This document shows positions 57,289-64,000 of a stretch of 64,000 bases of DNA, one piece after another. Position 1 is the stretch's first letter. The number at the start of each line of letters is the position of its first letter. This DNA comes from Hyalangium minutum. GTDB taxonomy: Bacteria > Myxococcota > Myxococcia > Myxococcales > Myxococcaceae. Location of the stretch: assembly GCF_000737315.1 (NCBI RefSeq), contig NZ_JMCB01000019.1, positions 173,596 to 237,595 on the forward strand, written 5' to 3'. A model generated the notes under the pieces. It saw only the letters and a program-made list of their open reading frames with translations, had not been told where the DNA came from and ran no database searches. A program made the position numbers and the translations under genes.

Positions 57289-57849
57289 CTATTTCCCGGG
57301 CTTCTCCGGTATCCACTTCACATCTGGGACACCCACCCGGTGGTTGGCAACACGGGCCATGACAAAAAGCAGATCCGAGAGCCGATTTAGGAAAACTCCC
57401 ACGTCGTGGGAGACCTTCCCCTCGCGCAGCAGTGGGACGACACGCCGCTCCGCCCGCCGGCACACCGTCCTCGACAGGTGCAAAGCACTGGACGCCTGGC
57501 TGCCTCCCGGGAGGATGAAGTGTGTCATCGTCGGTAGCTCGGTCTCGAAGCCATCGATGGCCTTCTCCATCGCCTCCACCCACTCGGGCTTGATGTGGGG
57601 GATGTGCGCCGCGGCCTTGGTGCCTTGGGGTGTGGCGAGCACGGCCCCCACCGTGAACAACTGGTCCTGGAGTTGCTGCAGCAACCCGTCCAGATCCGCC
57701 GGCATGGAGAGGCTGCGCGCCAGGCCCAGGGTCGCGTTCAGCTCGTCCACCTCGCCGTACGCGTCCACCCTTTCGTCGTCTTTCGGAACACGGCCGCCGC
57801 CGAACAATCCCGTTTCCCCAGCGTCCCCTGTCTTCGTGTAGATCTTCAT
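57289..57849 (-). CDS. Cob(I)alamin adenosyltransferase (PduO type)
   Basis: [47 protein letters not shown]. Confidence 0.95.
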   Translation of the reverse strand: MKIYTKTGDAGETGLFGGGRVPKDDERVDAYGEVDELNATLGLARSLSMPADLDGLLQQLQDQLFTVGAVLATPQGTKAAAHIPHIKPEWVEAMEKAIDGFETELPTMTHFILPGGSQASSALHLSRTVCRRAERRVVPLLREGKVSHDVGVFLNRLSDLLFVMARVANHRVGVPDVKWIPEKPGK

Positions 57850-57864
57850 GAACTCGAACCTCTC

Positions 57865-58659
57865 ATGAAACCCTACCTCGCGCTGCTCGAACACGTCCTG
57901 GCCCACGGCACGAAGAAGAGTGACCGGACCGGCACCGGCACCCTCAGCCTCTTCGGCCACCAGCTGCGGTTCGATCTCACCCAGGGCTTCCCTCTGGTGA
58001 CGACGAAGAAGGTCCACCTGAAGTCCATCATCCACGAGCTGCTGTGGATGCTTCAGGGCGACACGAGCGTGCGCACGCTCCAGGCCCAGGGCGTCACCAT
58101 CTGGGACGAGTGGGCCGACGCCGAAGGCAAGCTCGGTCCCGTGTACGGCCACCAGTGGCGCTCGTGGTCCGCGCCCAATGGCGAGCACATCGACCAGATG
58201 CGCATCCTGGTAGACGGACTGCGCAAGAACCCGGACTCGCGGCGCCACCTTGTCAGCGCATGGAACGTGGCGGACCTGCCCGCCATGAAGCTGCCGCCCT
58301 GCCACGTGCTCTTCCAGTTCTATGTGGCCGACGGGCGCCTGTCCTGCCAGCTCTACCAACGCAGCGCGGACATCTTCCTCGGACTGCCCTTCAACATCGC
58401 CTCGTACTCGCTGCTGACGATGATGGTGGCGCAGACCACGGGGCTCGTCCCGCACGAGTTCATCCACACCATCGGCGACGCCCACCTCTACCTCAACCAC
58501 GTGGAGCAGGCCCGCACGCAGCTGGCGCGAGAGCCTCGTCCCCTGCCCCGGATGAAGCTCAACCCCGAGGTGAAGGACCTGTTCGCCTTCAAGTACGAGG
58601 ACTTCACGCTTGAAGGCTACGATCCGCACCCCGCCATCAAGGCGTCCGTGGCCGTATGA
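57865..58659 (+). CDS. thyA: Thymidylate synthase
   Basis: [50 protein letters not shown]. Confidence 0.98.
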   Translation: MKPYLALLEHVLAHGTKKSDRTGTGTLSLFGHQLRFDLTQGFPLVTTKKVHLKSIIHELLWMLQGDTSVRTLQAQGVTIWDEWADAEGKLGPVYGHQWRSWSAPNGEHIDQMRILVDGLRKNPDSRRHLVSAWNVADLPAMKLPPCHVLFQFYVADGRLSCQLYQRSADIFLGLPFNIASYSLLTMMVAQTTGLVPHEFIHTIGDAHLYLNHVEQARTQLAREPRPLPRMKLNPEVKDLFAFKYEDFTLEGYDPHPAIKASVAV

Positions 58660-59150
58660 GGCTGTCCGCCATCGTCGCCATGGCGTCCAACCGGGTGATT
58701 GGCGCCAACAACCAGCTGCCGTGGCGCCTGCCCGCGGACCTCGCGCGCTTCAAGAAGCTCACGATGGGGCACGCGCTCGTCATGGGCCGCAAGACGTACG
58801 AGTCCATCGGCCGCCCGCTGCCGGGCCGCACCATGATCGTCATCACTCGCCAGCGGGACTACGCGCCCGAGGGCGTGAAGGTGGCGCACTCGGTGGACGA
58901 GGCACTCGCGCTCGCCCCAGGGGATGACGAGATCTTCATCGCCGGCGGCGCGGAGCTCTACGCGCAGACCCTGAACCGGCTGGACCGGCTCTACCTCACC
59001 CGCATCGACCGCGACTTCCCAGGCGACACACGCTTCCCAGAGGTGGAGCTCTCCACTTGGAAGCTGCTCGAGCAGGAGCTGCACCCCGCCTCAGCCCCCG
59101 ACGCCCTGCCCTACGCCTTCCTCACGTACGAGCGGCAGCGCAGCGCCTAG
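58656..59150 (+). CDS. folA: Dihydrofolate reductase
   Basis: [43 protein letters not shown]. Confidence 0.97.
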   Translation: MRLSAIVAMASNRVIGANNQLPWRLPADLARFKKLTMGHALVMGRKTYESIGRPLPGRTMIVITRQRDYAPEGVKVAHSVDEALALAPGDDEIFIAGGAELYAQTLNRLDRLYLTRIDRDFPGDTRFPEVELSTWKLLEQELHPASAPDALPYAFLTYERQRSA

Positions 59151-59235
59151 CTCACACCTCCACACACCCACCTCTCCACTCCAGGGAACACTGTCTTCCC
59201 TCTGAGAGAAGTTCCGTGGGTGAAGTGCTCAATGT

Positions 59236-59260
59236 AATTTTGACTTTGATTCTCAAAATT
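59236..59260. promoter_or_regulatory. Fur-like operator upstream of the iron permease gene
   Basis: AATTTTGA-CTTTGATTC-TCAAAATT (perfect 8-bp inverted repeat); 9-1-9 core TTTGACTTT-G-ATTCTCAAA in an AT-rich patch. Confidence 0.6.
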
Positions 59261-59293
59261 GAAGTACCCCATCTGACTTGGTAGAGAGCAGGG

Positions 59294-61183
59294 GTGAACA
59301 CCACCCGTGCCTTCGCCCTGCTATCCCTGCTTGTCGCGCTGCCCTTCACCGCGAAGGCCGCTGATGAAAGTGCATCGTCGGAAGGGCGCACGTGGCACCG
59401 GCTGGTGGGCATCCTCCAGTACCTGCAGGCGGATTATCCGGCCGCCGTCGAGTCTCAGTCCGAGTTCGAGCTGGCGGAGCAGCGCAGCTTCATCGCCGAG
59501 GCGGTGACGGCGGCGCAGGAGATCGGCCCTGGCGCGGCGCCCTTCCTCTCGAAGCTCCGCGACGTGCAGGCACGGGTGGAGCACGGAAAGGATCCGGAGG
59601 GAGTCAGCCGGGACTGCGGCGCGCTGGTGGAGAACCTGGTGCTCGCGGGAGGCCTGGCTCGCAGCCCGCGCCACCCGCCGGATCTGGCGCGCGGGAAGCA
59701 GCTCTTCCAGGTGTCATGCGCCGCCTGCCATGGCCCCGAGGGCAAAGGTGACATGCCCATCGCCGCGACGATGGAGCCGAAGCCCGCCAACTTCCACGAC
59801 GCGGAGGTCATGGCCGGGCTGATGCCGTACAAGGCCTTCAACACCATCAGCTTCGGCGTGCCGGGCACGGCGATGCCGGGCTTCCCGACGCTCTCGGAAG
59901 AGGAGCGCTGGTCGCTCGCGTTCTACCTCTTCACGCTGCGCCAGCCGCCGTGCGAGGGCACTCCGCCGACCGTCTCGCTGGAGCGGCTGGCCACGGCCAC
60001 GGATCCGGAGATGGCCGCCGAGCACGGGGAGAAGAACCTCGCGTGCCTGCGGCGCAAGCTGCCGGACGAGAACGAGGAGCGCCTGCTGCTGACGGCTCGC
60101 ACGCACGTGGAGGACGCGCTGCGCAAGGGCGCTTCGGGAGACAGCATGGGGGCGCGCAACGCGCTGCTGGAGGCGTACCTCAACGGCATGGAACCGGTCG
60201 AGGTGAAGCTGCGCGCCCGGAACCCGGAGCTGGTGGCGAAGCTGGAGAAGCGGTTCCTCGCGGCGCGGCTCGCGGCCGAGCGGGGCACCCCACAGCTCCA
60301 GGACGAGGGCCGTGAGCTGCTGAGCCTGCTGGACCAGGCGCGGCGGGGCAGCGGCACGTCGGCAGACATGGTTTCGGTGCTGTGGCTCACCCTCCTCATC
60401 CTGCTGCGCGAGGGCTTCGAGGCCACCATCATCGTCGCGGCGCTGCTGGCGGCGCTGAAGAAGATGAAGGCGATGGAGCAGGTGCGCGTGGTGCACGCGG
60501 GTTGGATGTCCGCGCTGGTGATGGGCACGGTGGCCTTCCTCTTTGGGCAGCGGCTGCTGGCGGGCGCCAACCGGGAGCTGCTCGAGGGCTTCGCGGCACT
60601 CGCGGCGGTGGGCATGCTGGTGTACGCGGCGCTGTGGCTCAACGCGCGCTCCAACATGAGCCGCTTCATGGGCGAGCTGCGCCAGAAGATGCAGGGCGCG
60701 CTGGGCAGCGGGAGCACGCTGGGCCTGTTCATGATCGCCTTCACCTCGGTGCTGCGTGAGAGCTTCGAGACGGCGGTGTTCCTCCAGGGCCTGGCGCTGG
60801 ACTCGGCGACGGGCGTGGCCTGGGGCGTGCTGGCGGGCGCCGTGGCGATGGTGGTGCTGGTCGTCTTCGTGAACCGCGTGGGCTACCGGCTGCCGATGAA
60901 GACGCTCTTCAACGCGTCCACCGTGGTGCTGCTCGCGACGGCGGTGATGCTGCTGGGCAAGGGCCTGCACGCGCTGCAGGAGGTGGCCCTGCTGCCGCTG
61001 GCGCCCATCCCCTTCGTCACCGTGGACATGCTCGGCGTCTACCCGGATGCGGTCTCGCTGGTGCCGCAGCTGCTGCTGGCGCTCATACCGGTGGCCTATG
61101 TCGTCCTCCGTCGCATGCGCAACACCCGCTCGTCCTCGTCTTCCTCCGAGAGCGACGGCAACGCGGGCGCACCGCTCGCCTGA
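59294..61183 (+). CDS. Cytochrome c / FTR1-family iron permease fusion (PbrT-like)
   Basis: CAACH heme motif; two RExxE motifs (LREGFE, LRESFE); about seven TM helices. Confidence 0.92.
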   Translation: MNTTRAFALLSLLVALPFTAKAADESASSEGRTWHRLVGILQYLQADYPAAVESQSEFELAEQRSFIAEAVTAAQEIGPGAAPFLSKLRDVQARVEHGKDPEGVSRDCGALVENLVLAGGLARSPRHPPDLARGKQLFQVSCAACHGPEGKGDMPIAATMEPKPANFHDAEVMAGLMPYKAFNTISFGVPGTAMPGFPTLSEEERWSLAFYLFTLRQPPCEGTPPTVSLERLATATDPEMAAEHGEKNLACLRRKLPDENEERLLLTARTHVEDALRKGASGDSMGARNALLEAYLNGMEPVEVKLRARNPELVAKLEKRFLAARLAAERGTPQLQDEGRELLSLLDQARRGSGTSADMVSVLWLTLLILLREGFEATIIVAALLAALKKMKAMEQVRVVHAGWMSALVMGTVAFLFGQRLLAGANRELLEGFAALAAVGMLVYAALWLNARSNMSRFMGELRQKMQGALGSGSTLGLFMIAFTSVLRESFETAVFLQGLALDSATGVAWGVLAGAVAMVVLVVFVNRVGYRLPMKTLFNASTVVLLATAVMLLGKGLHALQEVALLPLAPIPFVTVDMLGVYPDAVSLVPQLLLALIPVAYVVLRRMRNTRSSSSSSESDGNAGAPLA

Positions 61184-61325
61184 GCCCGCTGTTCACTCTT
61201 TGCGCAGTGCAAAGTTTGCGAACCGCCGCCCGCTAACGGCTGCACGGGCGCGTGACTCCTACACATTGTCGTTCCGCTGATTTACGCCGCCGAGGTGCAG
61301 GCCCGGAGTTTGCGACAGGCGAGGC

Positions 61326-62108
61326 ATGGCAGGAGGTGCCCGCTTGCTTGCTCGCTCTTGGCGTCGCCGTGGTTTTACGCTCGTTGAAGTGATGACCGCA
61401 GTGGTCATCGTGCTCGTCCTGGCCGCCCTGGCAGGTCTCTCGGGCGTGTATGGGCTGGGCCGAGCCCGAATGAACACCGCCGTGTTCGACCTGGCGGCGC
61501 TGATCAGCCGCGGCCAGCTGCGAGCCATGAGCCGGGGTGCGCCGCACTACCTCTTCATCCACCAGACAGCGGATGGCCGTCTCCGTGTCCAGCTGATCGA
61601 GCGTCCGGACTCGCCAGCGCTCAGCCCAGCCCAGTGGGCGTCACTGGACCTGACGCAGGGGCCAGGCAAGGCGCTGGCATTCACGCGCACGCTGCCTGAT
61701 GGCACCCAGGTGCAGTCTCACGCACTCGTGGCGGATCACCTGGTGCTAGGAGGCAGCACGGGGCCGGATACGGGTGGACTGGCCTTTCTGGATCTGGACT
61801 CGCAGCGCATCCAGCGGCCTCTGCCCGCGCCGTTCAGCGCCCTGGCGCTCAGCACGGCGGCCACGGCAACGGACGTAGACCGGCCCACAGCGGACCTGCT
61901 GGCCGGCTGCAACTTCTGCATCAACCCCAGCGGCAGCGAGCCCTACGGCGCGCTGCGCTTCAACCCCGACGGCACGCTGGAGGTGGTGACGGGCAGCGCA
62001 CGCTCTGGCGCCGTCATCGCCTTCGCGCCCAACACCCAAGCAGAAGCGGACATCGTGCCGAAGCTGCTGGCTGTGTCCGCACCGGCCGGGGCCACCGTCA
62101 TCTTCTAG
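61326..62108 (+). CDS. fimU: Type IV minor pilin, FimU/FimT-like
   Basis: RRRG/FTLVEVM prepilin site; LRFNPDG. Confidence 0.75.
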   Translation: MAGGARLLARSWRRRGFTLVEVMTAVVIVLVLAALAGLSGVYGLGRARMNTAVFDLAALISRGQLRAMSRGAPHYLFIHQTADGRLRVQLIERPDSPALSPAQWASLDLTQGPGKALAFTRTLPDGTQVQSHALVADHLVLGGSTGPDTGGLAFLDLDSQRIQRPLPAPFSALALSTAATATDVDRPTADLLAGCNFCINPSGSEPYGALRFNPDGTLEVVTGSARSGAVIAFAPNTQAEADIVPKLLAVSAPAGATVIF

Positions 62109-62116
62109 GAGGAACC

Positions 62117-62677
62117 ATGAGCCCCTCGCGCGTCTCACCTCGTGGCAGCACCCTCATCGAGGCAATGGCTGCCCTCGCCGTCTTCACCATCGGAATCATC
62201 GGCATCATGGACATGAACCTGCTGGCCAGTCAGCAGAACTCCCTGGCTCGCTCGCGCACCGTCGCCAGCAAGATTGCTCGCGACGTGGCGGACTCCTTCG
62301 AGCGCATTCCCTTCAACCACGCGATCCTCAGCGTCCCGACGGGCCTGCACCAAGACGACTCCGGCTTCGCCGACATGGACAACACGGATGGGCTGGTGAA
62401 GCTGGAGGACGCGATCGCACAGACCACGGAGCGCCCGCTGCTCGGTGCGGCGGACGCCATGTTCAGCGCTGAGGGCGACCGCTCCTTCTACCAGGTGGCC
62501 TGGCGCGTGCTGCCCGTGGCCAACCCGGATCGCTTCGGTCAGGTGGATCAGAAGCGGATCCTCATCATGGTGCGCTTCCCGTCGCCCGGCGGGGGCATGG
62601 TGCAGGTGAACACCTGGGCCATCCGCTACAACGTCGGGTTGATCACCGGTGACCCGAACACCGCCTTGGAGCTGTGA
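62117..62677 (+). CDS. pilV: Type IV minor pilin, PilV-like
   Basis: RG/STLIEAM prepilin site with hydrophobic helix. Confidence 0.75.
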   Translation: MSPSRVSPRGSTLIEAMAALAVFTIGIIGIMDMNLLASQQNSLARSRTVASKIARDVADSFERIPFNHAILSVPTGLHQDDSGFADMDNTDGLVKLEDAIAQTTERPLLGAADAMFSAEGDRSFYQVAWRVLPVANPDRFGQVDQKRILIMVRFPSPGGGMVQVNTWAIRYNVGLITGDPNTALEL

Positions 62678-62680
62678 GCC

Positions 62681-64000
62681 ATGCGCAAGTCCTTCCGCTC
62701 TCGTGGCTTCACGCTGTTGGAGCTGCTGGTGGGTGCCGCCATCGGCGCGGTGGTGATGGCGGGCATCAGCATGACGTTCATCTCGCAGGCCGAGCAGTAC
62801 CAGACCCACGCCAGCCGCCGGGGCGTGCAGGCCAACGCGCGCCAGGCCCTGGCCTTCATGGGGCGCCACCTTCGCGCTGCGGGCTATGGCATCGACCCGG
62901 ACCGGGCCATCCTGTCCTGGGACTCGTACGATGCGGCCACCCATCAGCAGGCACCGGGCTTCCCGGATGCCTTCGCGGTCCACTTCCGTGACGAGCTGTT
63001 CCGCCGCCGGGCGCAGTCCGTGGCGTCCCACCTCATCACCCTGCGGGCCAGTGAGCCCCTCAAGCCCGGCCAGGAGCTGCGCCGAGGGCAGATCCTGCTC
63101 GTCATCTGCGAGCGCGACCCGGGCTTCCCGGACCCGGCGGTGGACGAGAACCCGCCGCACGTGTTCGTCACCGTGGGTGACTACGTGGGGCCCGGCTCCA
63201 CGGAGATCCCGCTGGACCAGAGCCCAGTATCCGCCGCGGATGACGGTCCCACCCAGCGCCCAGGCCGGCTTTTCCACGAGCAGGACACGCCTGGCTTCGC
63301 GCATCCGTGCTTCAGCCGGCAGCCGCCGCACGTGCTGAGGGTCCACCGCGCTGCCTTCTACGTGGCCATGTTCACCCATCCCACCACCGGCGAGCGCAAG
63401 CCCTACCTCATGATGCACCAGGGCTTGGACATGCCCTCGGCCAGCAACCCTCAGGGCGACGGCGTCATCGACGAGAATGACGCGGTGCCGGTGGCCGAAG
63501 GCATCGAGCAGCTTCAGGCGGCCTATATCCTGGACACCCACAACCAGGATCCCGACCGGACTCCGCTCATCCTGGGCGTCAACGGCCCGATGGGCCCCAC
63601 TCACTTCGGTGAGAACTGGGAGCAGATTGACTTGGCCAACCTGCCCCATGGCTGGTTCTTCAACGTTGGCTTTGGCGCCGTGGATCCGTACGTCATGGCT
63701 GAGCGCCGCCTGAGAGATCACCCCGCCAACATCCGCCAGGTGCGCCTGAGCGTGGTCTCCCGCAGCGCCGTGCCCACGCCTCGGTTCGCGGGTGATGACC
63801 TGATGCGGAGGCACGATGGCACGCCGTATCCGGATGGAGCGCCGCTGCCCAACGGCACCGTGCCCTGGCGCCACCTGGAGAACCTGGAGCTGCCTCCCGC
63901 CGCGGACTTCACCCCGTCGGGCGGTGGCTTCTACCGGATGCTCCTGCGTGAATCGATCACCCCCAAGAATCTCCTGCTGAACCGGCAGTTCGCACCCATC
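62681..64000 (+). CDS. pilW: Type IV minor pilin, PilW-like (runs off window end)
   Basis: Translated by hand: MRKSFRSRG/FTLLELLVGAAIG; LRAAGYGIDP; VAEGIEQLQAAY; NIRQVRLSVVSRS. Not in the ORF track. Confidence 0.8.
   Translation, partial: MRKSFRSRGFTLLELLVGAAIGAVVMAGISMTFISQAEQYQTHASRRGVQANARQALAFMGRHLRAAGYGIDPDRAILSWDSYDAATHQQAPGFPDAFAVHFRDELFRRRAQSVASHLITLRASEPLKPGQELRRGQILLVICERDPGFPDPAVDENPPHVFVTVGDYVGPGSTEIPLDQSPVSAADDGPTQRPGRLFHEQDTPGFAHPCFSRQPPHVLRVHRAAFYVAMFTHPTTGERKPYLMMHQGLDMPSASNPQGDGVIDENDAVPVAEGIEQLQAAYILDTHNQDPDRTPLILGVNGPMGPTHFGENWEQIDLANLPHGWFFNVGFGAVDPYVMAERRLRDHPANIRQVRLSVVSRSAVPTPRFAGDDLMRRHDGTPYPDGAPLPNGTVPWRHLENLELPPAADFTPSGGGFYRMLLRESITPKNLLLNRQFAPI

Noticed and set aside
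1-64000. CRISPR array, rRNA, intact IS or prophage
   Set aside because: No spaced repeat array, rRNA signature, transposase, integrase, capsid or terminase seen. The tail-like genes are explained by the T6SS.
61326-64000. Minor-pilin cluster as a new system
   Set aside because: Matches the known myxobacterial fimU-pilV-pilW(-pilY1) clusters and is cut off by the window end.

Overview
High-GC DNA that looks myxobacterial (Cystobacterineae-like): it carries ADYC, MYXO-CTERM, SitA6/SitI6, TIGR04551-like and minor-pilin genes. Three zones. (1) 1-7.8 kb is an accessory, decayed mobile zone with two copies of an ssrA (tmRNA)-like 3' end, repeated att-arm-like remnants, a Cys-rich choice-of-anchor-A surface protein and a SitA6/SitI6 toxin-immunity pair. 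(2) 7.9-35 kb is a complete but atypical type VI secretion locus that resembles the Francisella pathogenicity island (T6SS-ii) more than the canonical Myxococcus T6SS-i. It has an IglC-like tube protein instead of Hcp, VgrG split into a hub gene and a short beta-helix spike gene, a DUF4280 PAAR-like tip, IglI/TssA-like and IglJ/TssG-like genes, TssB/C/E/F/J/K/L/M, and no ClpV. It also carries an apparently dead adenylate-forming enzyme, a nitrilase-fold insert, an OmpA-barrel protein, a Gly/Ala-rich candidate effector and a 1781-aa Ig-repeat MYXO-CTERM surface protein. Four of its transcription units are preceded by a pair of CRP/FNR-type boxes (TGTGA-N6-TCACA) spaced exactly 23 bp apart, and a fifth by a single box. 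(3) 35-64 kb is mostly housekeeping (folK, dapB/dapA/lysA, mce, mutM, SOD, hybrid kinase, class III cyclase, Ku, mtnP, queG, pduO, thyA-folA, FTR1 permease with a Fur-like box) and ends in a minor-pilin cluster. All family calls come from recalled motifs; no search was run.
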